From assembly GCA_963765675.1 (NCBI GenBank), contig CAVXXK010000004.1, forward strand, positions 229,998 to 293,997: 64,000 nucleotides of DNA, written 5' to 3'. Made by a program: the position numbers and the translations under genes. Positions 16,927 through 27,299 of the stretch are shown one piece after another; the first letter of the stretch is position 1, and each line of letters begins with the position of its first letter. The DNA is from an uncultured delta proteobacterium (lineage in GTDB: Bacteria; Desulfobacterota; Binatia; Binatales; Binataceae). The notes under the pieces were generated by a model that was given only the letters and a program-made list of their open reading frames with translations, was not told the DNA's origin and searched no databases.

Positions 16927-18987
16927 TCACACGCGCAGCATCGCGCGCGCCAGCAGAATCACCATCACCGCGGCCAAAATTCCGTATAGGTAACCATTGA
17001 TCGAACCGGTCTGAAGCCTGCGCAGGCGGCTGCCGACATCGAGCGTGACCAGCGACGCCGCGTTCACGAGTCCATCGACGATGTAGCTATCGAACAGGCC
17101 CGACATCCACGCACCCAGAACCGTGAGCGTGGCAGCCAGGTTCACGATTCCGTCGATAATATTGGAATCGAACCATGCGAGCGCGCGCGTGAGCGCCATG
17201 TATGGGCCCACGACCGTGAAATCGTAAAGCTCGTCGACGTAGTACTTGTTCTCGATCCACTTGTAAGGCTCGCCGCCAAGCGCGGTGCTGAAACGCGCGG
17301 GATCGAGCCGCTTCTGCCGGTACATCAGGTCTGCGAGCAACCATCCGATCACGACCATCGAGAAGGTCACGAGGCCGAGCGCGGCCTCGGTGCCATGACT
17401 ATGGATACCGGCGTGGGTTAGTTGCACGGTCAGCGGGGAGGCGAAGACGGGATCGAGAAAATCCTCGAACGGTTTGAAGCTCGCGATGAAATCGGGAATC
17501 TTGACCAGTCCGCCGAAGACCGAAAGCAAGCCAAGCACGATCAGCACGTACACCATCGAGGGCGGTGATTCGTGCAGGTGATGCTGCTGCTCGTGGGTGC
17601 CGCGAAAATCTCCGAAGAAGGTCATATAGACCTGGCGGAACATGTAGAAGACGGTGATCCCCGCGCCGACCAGCAGGAGCAGCCACACCGCGATATGACC
17701 GTGGGCGAACGCCTGCCAGATGATCTCGTCTTTTGACATGAAGCCGGCGAACGGAGGCACGCCCGAGATCGCGAGGGTTGCGGCCAGGAAGGTCAGGAAG
17801 GTGATCGGCATGTGATGGCGCAGGCCGCCCATCTGGCGCATATCCTGCTCACCGCCCATCGAATGGATGACCGAGCCGGCGCCGAGGAAGAGACAGGCTT
17901 TGAAGAATGCGTGCGTCATCAGGTGGAACACGCCCGCGGCGAACGCGCCGACTCCGACCGCCGCCATCATGTAGCCGAGCTGCGAGACGGTCGAGTAGGC
18001 GAGAACTTTCTTGATGTCGTTTTGCGCGATTCCGACAGTCGCGGCGAAGAACGCCGTCAGGCCGCCAATCACCGCGACCACAGTCATCGTCGCCGGCGCC
18101 ATCACGAACAGGAAATTCATGCGCGCGATCATGTAGATGCCCGCGGTGACCATCGTCGCCGCGTGAATCAGGGCGCTGACGGGGGTCGGGCCGGCCATCG
18201 CGTCGGGCAGCCAGACGTAGAGCGGAATCTGCGCGGATTTTCCGGTCGCTCCGGCGAACATCAGCAGCGTGACGAAGGTGACCATCGTCATGCCGAGGTA
18301 GCCGTGCATCCCGGCCAGAAGCGGCGCGTACTTGGCGATCTCGCGCGTGACGAGAGTCGGATGGCCAACCGCGCCGAGCGAAGCGAACAGCGCGTAGAGT
18401 GCGACTACGAAAGCGAGATCGCCGATACGATTGACGATAAACGCCTTATTGCCGGCGGTGGTGTTCGCGTAAACCTTGTACCAGAAGCCGATCAGCGCGA
18501 AGGAGCACAGTCCCACGCCCTCCCATCCGACGAACATCAGCCACAGGTTGTCGGCGAGCACGAGGATCAGCATCGCGAAGGTGAACAGGTTGAGCCATCC
18601 GAAGAAGCGCCAGTAGGCGTCGTCGTCGTGCATGTAGCCGGTGGAATAGATGTGGATCAGGCCGCCGACGCCGGTGATGATCAGCGTCATGATCATCGAG
18701 AGCGGGTCGAGCCAGAAGGCGATATCGAGATCGAGGCCGCCGTAATGGATCCACGGCCACACGCTATCGAGCATAAAGCGGGATTCGGGCGCGAGCGCGA
18801 GCATCGCGAAGAAGGTCCGCACGGCAAGGATAAAGGCGAGGATGATTACGCCGCATCCGACGGCGGTGATTGCGCGTTTGCCGAAGTTTTTTTGCAGCCA
18901 CGCGCCGAGCAGAAAATTTATCGTCGCGCCGATTAGCGGCAGCAGGATAATGTAGCGCGCAACCGTTATGCTTACCGGGTGATCCAT
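16927..18987 (-). CDS. nuoL: Complex I subunit L
   Basis: GWEGVGLCS, NRIGD, GKSAQIPLYVWLPDAMAGPTPVSALIHAATMV, LQTG lateral helix end. Confidence 0.97.
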   Translation of the reverse strand: MDHPVSITVARYIILLPLIGATINFLLGAWLQKNFGKRAITAVGCGVIILAFILAVRTFFAMLALAPESRFMLDSVWPWIHYGGLDLDIAFWLDPLSMIMTLIITGVGGLIHIYSTGYMHDDDAYWRFFGWLNLFTFAMLILVLADNLWLMFVGWEGVGLCSFALIGFWYKVYANTTAGNKAFIVNRIGDLAFVVALYALFASLGAVGHPTLVTREIAKYAPLLAGMHGYLGMTMVTFVTLLMFAGATGKSAQIPLYVWLPDAMAGPTPVSALIHAATMVTAGIYMIARMNFLFVMAPATMTVVAVIGGLTAFFAATVGIAQNDIKKVLAYSTVSQLGYMMAAVGVGAFAAGVFHLMTHAFFKACLFLGAGSVIHSMGGEQDMRQMGGLRHHMPITFLTFLAATLAISGVPPFAGFMSKDEIIWQAFAHGHIAVWLLLLVGAGITVFYMFRQVYMTFFGDFRGTHEQQHHLHESPPSMVYVLIVLGLLSVFGGLVKIPDFIASFKPFEDFLDPVFASPLTVQLTHAGIHSHGTEAALGLVTFSMVVIGWLLADLMYRQKRLDPARFSTALGGEPYKWIENKYYVDELYDFTVVGPYMALTRALAWFDSNIIDGIVNLAATLTVLGAWMSGLFDSYIVDGLVNAASLVTLDVGSRLRRLQTGSINGYLYGILAAVMVILLARAMLRV

Positions 18988-18999
18988 CAATCAAGATTC

Positions 19000-19033
19000 G
19001 CTTTCACGCAAGGTCCGCTTTCACGCAAGGTCC
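19000..19033. repeat. 17-bp tandem duplication
   Basis: GCTTTCACGCAAGGTCC twice, exact, just upstream of nuoL. Confidence 0.9.
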
Positions 19034-19037
19034 GGGT

Positions 19038-19184
19038 TCAGAGGCCGGCAGGAAGCAAATCCACCCACGCCGCCATCGCCGCAATCCCCACCGCGTTCGG
19101 GCACGCGGCTGATATAAGCAGAAAACCGATCCGCCGAAAAGGAAAATCGATACGTCGCGCGAATCCGCGCGACGAGCTTCGCAC
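19038..19184 (-). CDS. Possible 48-aa small protein between nuoK and nuoL
   Basis: GGAG-6nt-GTG; MRSSSRGFARRIDFPFRRIGFLLISAACPNAVGIAAMAAWVDLLPAGL*; below the ORF-track cutoff. Confidence 0.3.
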   Translation of the reverse strand: MRSSSRGFARRIDFPFRRIGFLLISAACPNAVGIAAMAAWVDLLPAGL

Positions 19185-19198
19185 GCCCTGCTCCGGCG

Positions 19199-19513
19199 CT
19201 ATCCGCTGAGGTTTTCGGTCGCACCGACATCGATGGTCCTGAAGTTCTGGTAGATCGCCAAAACCACGGCGAGACCGATTACCGCCTCGGCGGCGGCGAG
19301 CATGATCACGAAGATCGCGAAAATCTGGCCGTCGTACTTGCCGCCGCCATAGAACGCGAACGCGAGATAATTGATATTGGCCGAGTTGAGGATCAACTCG
19401 ACGCCCATCAGGATGCCGATCGCGTTGCGCCGCGTCAGCACGCAGAACATCCCGAGTGCGAATACGATTAGGCTCAGGATCAAAAAATGATCGAGCCCGA
19501 TTCCCCCGCCCAT
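19199..19513 (-). CDS. nuoK: Complex I subunit K
   Basis: RRNAIGILMGVELILN, AAAEAVIGLA. Confidence 0.96.
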   Translation of the reverse strand: MGGGIGLDHFLILSLIVFALGMFCVLTRRNAIGILMGVELILNSANINYLAFAFYGGGKYDGQIFAIFVIMLAAAEAVIGLAVVLAIYQNFRTIDVGATENLSG

Positions 19514-19532
19514 TTAAGTCCCCGGGCCTCCG

Positions 19533-20030
19533 TTACTCCCGCGCTTCGTGGCGCGAAATCACGATCGCGCCGATCAAAGCGGCTAACAGCACCAGCGACG
19601 CGACCTCGAACGGCAGCACGTACTCTCCCAAAAACGCGTTGCCGATCCCGTAGGTCGTGGGCGCGGTGATGTGGACGGCGGCCTGATGCCAGGTGGTGTG
19701 CGCGATCGCATAGAGCATCACGGCGCCGGCGATCACCGTGGTCACCAGCGCGGGGACGGTGCCGACCGTGCGATTCGAGATCGTCACGTCGGCGATGCCC
19801 TGCGTGAGCATCACCGCGAAAATCGTCAGCACCAGAATTCCGCCGACATAAACGAGGAGCTGCACCATCGCGACAAAATCCGCCGCGAGCAGGATGTAAA
19901 TTCCGACCACGCCCATGAATGCGCCGAGCAGCGCGAAGGTCGAGTAGACGATATTGTGCGAAAACGCGACGATCGCGGCGGAGCCCACCGTCAGCGCGGC
20001 AAGTACGTAGAAGATTACGGTCTCGAGCAT
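19533..20030 (-). CDS. nuoJ: Complex I subunit J
   Basis: QLLVYVGGILVL, PFEVASLVLLAALIGAI. Confidence 0.96.
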   Translation of the reverse strand: MLETVIFYVLAALTVGSAAIVAFSHNIVYSTFALLGAFMGVVGIYILLAADFVAMVQLLVYVGGILVLTIFAVMLTQGIADVTISNRTVGTVPALVTTVIAGAVMLYAIAHTTWHQAAVHITAPTTYGIGNAFLGEYVLPFEVASLVLLAALIGAIVISRHEARE

Positions 20031-20075
20031 GGGCGCCCCTCGCTCCTTGGCGGCGCGGACGTGAGCATCCGCGGG

Positions 20076-20651
20076 CTAGGACTCCTCGGTCTCAGTCTCC
20101 TCTGCGGGCTTGGCACCGCCCGGCTGCGCCCATTCGTCGAGATAATGCATCCCGCGGCTCAGAATCGGCGCGAGACGCGGATCGGTCTCGGGACCCTTCT
20201 TGGCCTTGTAGGCGTGAATCGGCTCCTTGATGAAGCGGCGCATGAGGCTCTCGAGCGAGAAATCCGCGCCCTCGAATTCGGTCGTGTGATGAATCGATCC
20301 GGTCGGGCACGGCTCGCTGCACAGTCCGCAGAACATGCACTTGGCGATATCGATATCGAACTGCGAGATGATCATGCCGCGGGTGGCGGGATCTTTCTCG
20401 ACCGCGATTACGATACAATCGATCGGGCAGGCGCGCTCGCACGCGAGGCATCCGGTGCAGATTTCGAGATCGACTTCCAGGATTCCGCGATAGCGGAACG
20501 GCAGCGTGTCCTGCACGCGGATATCGGTGCGATCCGGATACTGCACGGTGTACGGCTTGCGCACGAAATGCGAGGCCGTGACCGCCATCCCTTCGAAGAT
20601 CGTGGTGACGGCGTCTTTTATATTGTCAACGTAGGAGCCAAACGCACCCAT
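20076..20651 (-). CDS. nuoI: Complex I subunit I (2x[4Fe-4S])
   Basis: TVQYP, RYRG, CTGCLACERACP, CMFCGLCSEPCP. Confidence 0.96.
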   Translation of the reverse strand: MGAFGSYVDNIKDAVTTIFEGMAVTASHFVRKPYTVQYPDRTDIRVQDTLPFRYRGILEVDLEICTGCLACERACPIDCIVIAVEKDPATRGMIISQFDIDIAKCMFCGLCSEPCPTGSIHHTTEFEGADFSLESLMRRFIKEPIHAYKAKKGPETDPRLAPILSRGMHYLDEWAQPGGAKPAEETETEES

Positions 20652-20689
20652 GGTTTTTTCTCAGTCGATCTGAAACTCGAATTCCGGCG

Positions 20690-21880
20690 CTAAATCGTCG
20701 GATTATAATACAACTGCATCCGCGAACGTTTTGCGTAGTACACGACCCGCTGGATGAACAAGATCGCGACCACAATTCCGGCGGCGAGCATGATATAGCC
20801 CGCCCACGAATTGCCCTCGGGCCAGACCGCGACCCAGATCGCGGTGCCGATCATGTCAACGAACGCGATCGGCACGAAATATTTCCAGCACAGCGTCATG
20901 AGCTGATCGATCCGCACACGCGGCAAGGTTCCGCGCACCCACATCGATACGAACACCAGGAACAGCACTTTGACATTGAACGTGATGAGTTGCAGGACGT
21001 TCATTACGACGACGTTCTTCGTGATGTGCGGGAATTGCCATCCGCCGAGGAACAGCGTCGTGATGATCGCGCCGATGATGAACAGGTTGCCCCACTCCGC
21101 CATGAAGAAAAACAGGTAGCGCATCCCGCTGTACTCGGTCGCGAAGCCGGCGACGAGCTCTGACTCGGCCTCGGGCAGATCGAACGGAGTGCGGTTGCCC
21201 TCGGCCAGCGCGGAGATGAACAGGATATTGGCCGCGACAAACGTGAACGGATTCGCGAACAGGAACCAATGCATCGGCGCCCAGCCCTGCGCCTGGATTA
21301 TCCCCTGCATTGAGAGCGTGCCGGTCATCAGCACGATCGGAAAGATCGAGAGGCCGGCGGGAATCTCATAGCTGACGATCTGCGCGGCCGAGCGGATTCC
21401 GCCGATCAGCGACCATTTGTCGTTCGACGCCCATCCCGCCATCAGCACGCCGACCACGGTCAGAGCGGTGACCGAAGTCATGTACAGGATTCCGACGTTC
21501 AGGTCGGCCAGAATCAGCGACGACGAAAACGGCATCACCGCCCACGGCAACACGAACGCGAGCACGACCAGGTACGGCGCCATCTTGAACAGATGCGGGT
21601 CGGCATCGGTCGGGACGATATCTTCCTTGCACACGTGCTTGACGCCGTCGGCGAGCCACTGCAGGAACCCGTTGGGACCGACGCGATTGGGGCCGACGCG
21701 CGACTGGATGCGCGCCCATACCCGGCGCTCGACCCAGCTCACAATTCCGGCGAAAGGAAACGCGACGCCCAGAAACACAACGGCGCTCAGCACGAACACC
21801 GCGATCGCGGCGACGAGATCGTACGGCGGATTCTTGCCGAACGTGCCGGAGGCGATCAGATATTGAACCAGCGTCTTCAT
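20690..21880 (-). CDS. nuoH: Complex I subunit H
   Basis: ERR...RVGPNRVG, ADGVK, RSAAQIVSYE, NRTPFDLPEAESELVAG. Confidence 0.97.
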   Translation of the reverse strand: MKTLVQYLIASGTFGKNPPYDLVAAIAVFVLSAVVFLGVAFPFAGIVSWVERRVWARIQSRVGPNRVGPNGFLQWLADGVKHVCKEDIVPTDADPHLFKMAPYLVVLAFVLPWAVMPFSSSLILADLNVGILYMTSVTALTVVGVLMAGWASNDKWSLIGGIRSAAQIVSYEIPAGLSIFPIVLMTGTLSMQGIIQAQGWAPMHWFLFANPFTFVAANILFISALAEGNRTPFDLPEAESELVAGFATEYSGMRYLFFFMAEWGNLFIIGAIITTLFLGGWQFPHITKNVVVMNVLQLITFNVKVLFLVFVSMWVRGTLPRVRIDQLMTLCWKYFVPIAFVDMIGTAIWVAVWPEGNSWAGYIMLAAGIVVAILFIQRVVYYAKRSRMQLYYNPTI

Positions 21881-21883
21881 GGT

Positions 21884-23002
21884 CTAGCGATCGATCTCTG
21901 GCGCGATAACGTCGAGGCTCGCGATCAGCGTCACCAAGTCAGCTATCATCAGGCCGCGGCTCAGCTTCTGCGTGATACCCATCGCGGCGAACGATCCAGT
22001 GCGCACGTGCACGCGCCACGGATAAGCAGTGCCGTCGCTGACGACGTACCATCCCATGTCGCCGCGCGCGGACTCGACGCGAATCTGGCACTCGCCCGCG
22101 GGAGGTTTGAAATTGCGCGGCACTTTGGCCAGCACAGAACCGGCGGGCAACTGCTTCAGCGCCTGACGCAGGATCTTCGAGGACTCGGCCATCTCGCGAA
22201 TCCGCACCATGTAGCGATCCATCGCGTCGCCGAGCTTGCCCCACTGCCCGCTGCCGACGGGAACGTCGAACTCGAAATCGGGGTAGACCGAATAGGGAAT
22301 GTCCTTGCGGACATCGAATTTGAAACCGCACGCGCGCAGATTCGGGCCGACCAGGTTGTAGTTGATCGCCTCTTCGAGCGTGATCACGCCGACGTTGGCG
22401 AGCCGCTCGATATAAATCTTGTTGTACGAGATGAGGGCGTTATATTCCTCGAGGATCGGATCGAAGTGGTCGAGGTAGGCGAGCGCCTTCTCGCGCCATC
22501 CGGGCGGCAGATCGAACGCGACGCCGCCAATTCGCATGTAGTTGAAAGTCAGGCGCGCGCCGCATAGCTCTTCGATCAGATCGTTGATCATTTCTCGCTC
22601 GCGAATCGCGTGCGTGAACGGCGTCATCGCCCCAATATCCATCGCCATCGTTCCAACCGAGAGCAGATGCGAGGCGAGGCGGTTGAACTCGGCGGCGATT
22701 ACGCGGCAATACTCGCCGCGCTTGGGAACCTCGATATTGGCGAGCCGCTCGCAGGCCATGCCCCAGCCCTGATTGGTGAACATCGCGCAGACGTAATCGA
22801 CGCGATCGGTGTAGGGCATGAAGCCGTGGTAGCCGACCTTCTCCGCGATCTTCTCGATCGAGCGATGCAGGTAGCCGACGTCGGGCACCGCCTCTCGCAT
22901 TACCTCGCCGTCAGCGCGCACTACGAATCGCAGAACCCCGTGGGTCGAAGGATGCTGCGGGCCCATGTTGAGGGTCATTTCTTCTGTGCGCAGGGTGCTC
23001 AT
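21884..23002 (-). CDS. nuoD: Complex I subunit D
   Basis: [29 protein letters not shown]-terminal EIDR; no NiFe CxxC motifs; ATGA overlap with nuoC. Confidence 0.97.
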   Translation of the reverse strand: MSTLRTEEMTLNMGPQHPSTHGVLRFVVRADGEVMREAVPDVGYLHRSIEKIAEKVGYHGFMPYTDRVDYVCAMFTNQGWGMACERLANIEVPKRGEYCRVIAAEFNRLASHLLSVGTMAMDIGAMTPFTHAIREREMINDLIEELCGARLTFNYMRIGGVAFDLPPGWREKALAYLDHFDPILEEYNALISYNKIYIERLANVGVITLEEAINYNLVGPNLRACGFKFDVRKDIPYSVYPDFEFDVPVGSGQWGKLGDAMDRYMVRIREMAESSKILRQALKQLPAGSVLAKVPRNFKPPAGECQIRVESARGDMGWYVVSDGTAYPWRVHVRTGSFAAMGITQKLSRGLMIADLVTLIASLDVIAPEIDR

Positions 23003-23508
23003 TTGGCCTTCGGGTCGAGCCGGATAATCGGGCTTTCGCGGACGGTTGAGATGCCGTGGTATTCGAGCGGCTCGACGAAATCCTTGCGCAACGGAAAGCC
23101 TTCCCAATCCTCGGGCAGCAGGATGCGGCGCATATCGCTATGGCCCTCGAAGGTGACGCCGAGCAGATCGAAAATCTCGCGCTCCATCCAGTTGGCCGAG
23201 GCCCACAAATTCTCGAGCGTGTGGACGACAGGATTTTCGCGCGGCAACTTTACCTTCAGCACGGCGCCATGGCGATGCTTGTAGGAAAAGAAGTGATAGA
23301 CCACCTCGATGCGATCTTTGTAATCGACGCCGCTCTGATTGGAGAGGCAATCCATCGCAAGCGCCGGATCGTCGCGCAGGAAACTGCCGACCTCGACGAT
23401 CGCGGAGGGATCGACGACGCAGAATGAATCCAGCTTCTGCGTAACGGTTTCCAGAATCTTGTTGCCGAACTGATCCGTCAACCGCTGATATATCGCGAGC
23501 GCTTCCAT
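22999..23508 (-). CDS. nuoC: Complex I subunit C
   Basis: [37 protein letters not shown]. Confidence 0.96.
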   Translation of the reverse strand: MEALAIYQRLTDQFGNKILETVTQKLDSFCVVDPSAIVEVGSFLRDDPALAMDCLSNQSGVDYKDRIEVVYHFFSYKHRHGAVLKVKLPRENPVVHTLENLWASANWMEREIFDLLGVTFEGHSDMRRILLPEDWEGFPLRKDFVEPLEYHGISTVRESPIIRLDPKAK

Positions 23509-23510
23509 CC

Positions 23511-24029
23511 TCAGGCCGCAGTCACATCCTCATGATTGGCGCTCTTGGCGCCGCCGCGCGACAGCCAGCGTTCGGTCATGATCTTCTCTTGCAGCTTGAG
23601 CAGGCCTTCGGTCAGCGCCTCGGGCCGCGGCGGACATCCGGGGACGTACACGTCGACAGGAAGGATCTTGTCGACGCCGTCGCAGACCGAGTAGGCGAGC
23701 TGGAACAGGCCACCGCAGCTCGCGCACGAGCCCATCGAGATGACGTATTTCGGGTCGGGCATCTGGTCGTAGAGCAGGCGCGTGCGCAGCGCCATCTTGA
23801 GCGTCAGCGTGCCGGCAACGATCATCAGATCGGACTGGCGGGCGGAGGCGCGCGGCGTGGCGCCAAAACGCTCGATATCGGCGCGCGGGCCGCCTGTGTG
23901 CATCAGCTCGATCGCGCAGCAGGCGAGGCCGAACAGCATGTACCAGATGCTCGATTTGCGCATCCAGTTGAGCAGCTCATCGGTTTTGGTCGTGAGCACG
24001 TAGTCCGGAAGAGTGTTGAGCAACGACAT
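23511..24029 (-). CDS. nuoB: Complex I subunit B
   Basis: [34 protein letters not shown]. Confidence 0.97.
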   Translation of the reverse strand: MSLLNTLPDYVLTTKTDELLNWMRKSSIWYMLFGLACCAIELMHTGGPRADIERFGATPRASARQSDLMIVAGTLTLKMALRTRLLYDQMPDPKYVISMGSCASCGGLFQLAYSVCDGVDKILPVDVYVPGCPPRPEALTEGLLKLQEKIMTERWLSRGGAKSANHEDVTAA

Positions 24030-24050
24030 AACTAATTATCGTCCCAGTTC

Positions 24051-24437
24051 CTATTCAGGAACCTTCTTGATCCATTCGAGATCGTGTTTGACCCAGACGT
24101 AGGCCAGGCCGACGAACAGGATCAGCAGGAAAATCAGAATCTCGCTGAGCGCCGCGAGCCGCGCGCCATTGCGGACCCAATCGAGATAGACGGTCGCGAT
24201 CGGATAGACGAAGGCGACCTCGACCTCGAAGACGACGAAGATTAGCGCGATCAGGTAGAAACGGACATTGAAGTTAATCCAGGCGCGGCCGGTCGGCGGC
24301 TCTCCGCACTCATAGGGAATTAGCTTGCGCGCATAAGGATTGTTGGGGGCAAGCAGCTTCTGCAGACCGAACATTAGCGCGACAAATCCGATCCCAATCA
24401 GGGTCAGAGCAAGTGGCACGCTGAAGCTCAGATACAT
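24051..24437 (-). CDS. nuoA: Complex I subunit A
   Basis: PYECG, FYLIALIFVVFEVE, LEW. Confidence 0.96.
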   Translation of the reverse strand: MYLSFSVPLALTLIGIGFVALMFGLQKLLAPNNPYARKLIPYECGEPPTGRAWINFNVRFYLIALIFVVFEVEVAFVYPIATVYLDWVRNGARLAALSEILIFLLILFVGLAYVWVKHDLEWIKKVPE

Positions 24438-24456
24438 GGGTCGATTACCGACTCCT

Positions 24457-24485
24457 CAATTAGTTGGCGCGGATCGAACTGTCAA
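24457..24485 (-). promoter_or_regulatory. Candidate sigma70 promoter of the nuo operon
   Basis: Minus strand TTGACA (24485-24480), 17 bp spacer, TAATTG (24462-24457). Confidence 0.45.
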
Positions 24486-24575
24486 GAAGCATCACTTTTC
24501 GCAAGACTCGCGATGCTTAAGCATTTCTTCTTTATAACAGTAGCTCGGGAGCGGCCATCGAGTCCAGAAAGGCTG

Positions 24576-24836
24576 CTATTTGCTCGATTTCATTAGGTTT
24601 TCCAATACTTGCGCATCCAGCCAAGCGCCGTGACCATTGGGACACGCCTGCATCGAGATCGCGTCCTTCTCGTGCTCGACCAGGGGGCTGCTGCACTTGG
24701 GGCATTTGAGCGCCGCGCTGGCCCGCGCGCGCATTTTCTCAAGCAGCTCCTGGTCGCGTTTGCGCGCCCATTCGGATTCGCGCGCCGCTTCCACATCGTG
24801 AAACTTGTCGCCCAGCCGGTCTTTCTCGTCGCTCAT
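24576..24836 (-). CDS. Small zinc-ribbon (zf-TFIIB-like) protein with charged N-terminal helix
   Basis: CPKC...CPNGHGAWLD; N-terminus MSDEKDRLGDKFHDVEAARESEWARKRDQELLEKMR. Confidence 0.85.
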   Translation of the reverse strand: MSDEKDRLGDKFHDVEAARESEWARKRDQELLEKMRARASAALKCPKCSSPLVEHEKDAISMQACPNGHGAWLDAQVLENLMKSSK

Positions 24837-24967
24837 CAGTCTCGAGTCCTCAGTTGGTCGGCCTACTATGAATTCTATCACATCGGGCGCATCGCGAGTG
24901 CACGATGCGGACCGCGATGCGCATTATCAACGCGGCGCGGGACTGCCGCAATCCCTAATCCGCCAGG

Positions 24968-25303
24968 TCATTCCATTTCTTTGATTAATTTGCCGCTGCG
25001 CGCTTTTTCGACGGTGGCGTCAAATTTCGGCCCGAGGTCGACGCCCATCTGCCGGGCGCGCTTCTTCGCCCACAGCCCGACGTTGCGTGCGTCGCGATAG
25101 AAGCTTTCGTCGCGCGGCTTGGAGGCGTCAAAATTGTCGAGCCGCGACGACTCACTCTCGTGCATCGCGAATGACGACATCACGCGCCGGAGCTTGGTCG
25201 AGCCGCATCCGGGGCAGGCGCGCCGCTCGCGTTTTTTCGGATTCAGCACGACATGCGAGCTAATCCTACCGCATCGCGCGCATTGATATTCAAAAATCGG
25301 CAT
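24968..25303 (-). CDS. FmdB family zinc-ribbon protein
   Basis: MPIFEYQCARCG...CPGCGSTKLRRVMS. Confidence 0.9.
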   Translation of the reverse strand: MPIFEYQCARCGRISSHVVLNPKKRERRACPGCGSTKLRRVMSSFAMHESESSRLDNFDASKPRDESFYRDARNVGLWAKKRARQMGVDLGPKFDATVEKARSGKLIKEME

Positions 25304-25309
25304 CGAGCG

Positions 25310-25525
25310 TTAGCGATCTTTCATGATCAGATCGGCGAGCGGGCTTCCGGCGAGGAATAGCAGGCCGACCGCACCGACGACGACCCCGGTTCCGATCCAC
25401 CAGACCGATCGGTATTCGAGCCCGAGAACGATCATGATGAGCGCCCACAGCGGCAGAATCGCGGCGATACCGAGCCGTATCAGGACGCTAACGGCGCGTT
25501 CAGCTTTTTCGATCTGGTCGGCCAT
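25310..25525 (-). CDS. Small two-TM hypothetical protein
   Basis: Two hydrophobic segments; tight operonic spacing. Confidence 0.75.
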   Translation of the reverse strand: MADQIEKAERAVSVLIRLGIAAILPLWALIMIVLGLEYRSVWWIGTGVVVGAVGLLFLAGSPLADLIMKDR

Positions 25526-25562
25526 GATCTCTATCTACCGATTCCCCCAGGAACGGGCAAAC

Positions 25563-27299
25563 TCAGTGCAGAGGCTCGGGTGCGATCGCATACAGTGCGA
25601 GAGGCCCGTCGTGGGCTATTAGGTGGGATTTGACGACGAGCTTCAGCCGGTCGCGATATTGCGGGGCGAGCGCGTTGCGTTCGGTGTCGTTGGCTACCAG
25701 GTAGGATTGGACGCCCGGCGGAGGAGCCTGGCGGTGACGGCCCATCAGGGGAGGCGCGTCGGTTCCGTAGTAGAACGAGAAATCGTAGATCGGATCGTGT
25801 ACGACAAAGATTGGCGCGGCGCCGATTTGCTCGTGGACTATGAACGCGAAGGTCTTTGCGCTGCGCTCCCACGCGAGCGACGGCCTCAAAATGGCGTTTG
25901 CGAGCATCGATCCGGATAGCGTCAGAAGTCCGGCCGCGGCGCCCGCAAGGATCGAATTGCGGCGCACGAGGCCGACGCCAGCCGCGATCGCTCCGGCGAT
26001 AACCGCGAGAGCGAATATCAGATAGCCAAGACGCATCGTCGCAAATCCGTGGACATACAATGCCAGCTCGTCGGCGTCGCTCGATTGCAGGTGAAAGCCA
26101 ACGTGCGCGTGCGTGATCGCGAGCACGATACCCGCGGCCAGCGCCGCGAGCATCGCGAGGGCGATCGCGATTACCGCGGCGATACGCAGGCGCAGCGCCC
26201 AGCGCGCGCGGCCGGCGGTGGGCTCGTTCAGCATGAAGACGCAGGCGCATAGAATCGCGACTCCGGGCAGTGCGGGCAAAATGTAATCGTCGCGCTTGGC
26301 GCTCGCGATAGAGAAAAACACGATCACCGCGATCGCGAGACTCGCCGCAAAGGCGAGCGGCCTGCGACGCGCGGCGCCAATTTCTCCGGTCATGAACCCC
26401 GCAATCGCGGCCGGCAGCAGCAGGACTATGGGCATCGCGCCGCCGACCAGGCGCGCCACGATATACCAGATCGGACGTGCAGCCTCGCCGGTGCCGCCAT
26501 ATTTCGCCGGCAGGAAATGGCCGAAATTCTCGGTCATGAAGATCGGGAAAATCTTCCACGTCCCGAGCGTGAACCATAGCCAGTACCATCCGACAGTCAT
26601 CACCGTAACCGCGATCGCAAGAATCCAAATCCATCGCTCGCGCAAAAGTACGAGCGGGTTTCTTCCGGTAATCGCGAGGTAGGCCACAACGGCGAGGCCG
26701 GCGAGAATCGCGGCGATCGGCCCCTTGGTCAGCACGGCGAGTTGCAGGACCACGATCGCGGCGACGGTTCTCGCGCGCGACGCAGGCCCATCGAGTTGCG
26801 GATACAGAATCAACAGCGTGCTGATGACCAGGAACGTCATCAGCATGTCGGTCAGCGCGAGTGTCGCGCGCGACGAGTATCCGTAGGTGGCAATCAGGAA
26901 CAGAAACGCGAGCCATCCCTCGGCCGCGCCCAGGTTTTCCGCGGTCCATAGCAGCACTTCAATCGCGAGCGCGGTCCCAGCGAGCAGCGGGACGAGTCGC
27001 GCGCTGACCTCAGTCGCGTTTCCGCCCATGAGGCGCGTCGCGGCGCCGGAGAGCCAGTAATAGAGGAGAGGTTTTTCGACCAGGTAACCGTAGTAGTCGC
27101 GCGGTGCCATCAGATGCCCGCGCGCGACCGACTGAACCCACTGGGCGGATTGCGGTTCCGCGTCCTTCTGGAATGGCGCCGTGATGCCTTGTCCGAGCAC
27201 CACGAGCGCGACAATTGCGGCAGCAGCGGTGAGCCAAAGCGCGGGGCGACCGGTGCGATCTGCGGCAGACGCGCCGGGCTGGGACGGATTGGCGCTCAT
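25563..27299 (-). CDS. ArnT-like GT-C glycosyltransferase (PMT_2 family)
   Basis: DAEPQ, EKPLLYYWL, ALTDM, LTKGPI, PIWYI, KRDDYILPALP. Confidence 0.88.
   Translation of the reverse strand: MSANPSQPGASAADRTGRPALWLTAAAAIVALVVLGQGITAPFQKDAEPQSAQWVQSVARGHLMAPRDYYGYLVEKPLLYYWLSGAATRLMGGNATEVSARLVPLLAGTALAIEVLLWTAENLGAAEGWLAFLFLIATYGYSSRATLALTDMLMTFLVISTLLILYPQLDGPASRARTVAAIVVLQLAVLTKGPIAAILAGLAVVAYLAITGRNPLVLLRERWIWILAIAVTVMTVGWYWLWFTLGTWKIFPIFMTENFGHFLPAKYGGTGEAARPIWYIVARLVGGAMPIVLLLPAAIAGFMTGEIGAARRRPLAFAASLAIAVIVFFSIASAKRDDYILPALPGVAILCACVFMLNEPTAGRARWALRLRIAAVIAIALAMLAALAAGIVLAITHAHVGFHLQSSDADELALYVHGFATMRLGYLIFALAVIAGAIAAGVGLVRRNSILAGAAAGLLTLSGSMLANAILRPSLAWERSAKTFAFIVHEQIGAAPIFVVHDPIYDFSFYYGTDAPPLMGRHRQAPPPGVQSYLVANDTERNALAPQYRDRLKLVVKSHLIAHDGPLALYAIAPEPLH

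Noticed and set aside
21884-24029. Group 4 NiFe hydrogenase interpretation of the nuo-like cluster
   Set aside because: The large subunit lacks both CxxC Ni-binding motifs and keeps quinone-site residues (HPSTHG, DRVDY); nuoA, J and K are present.
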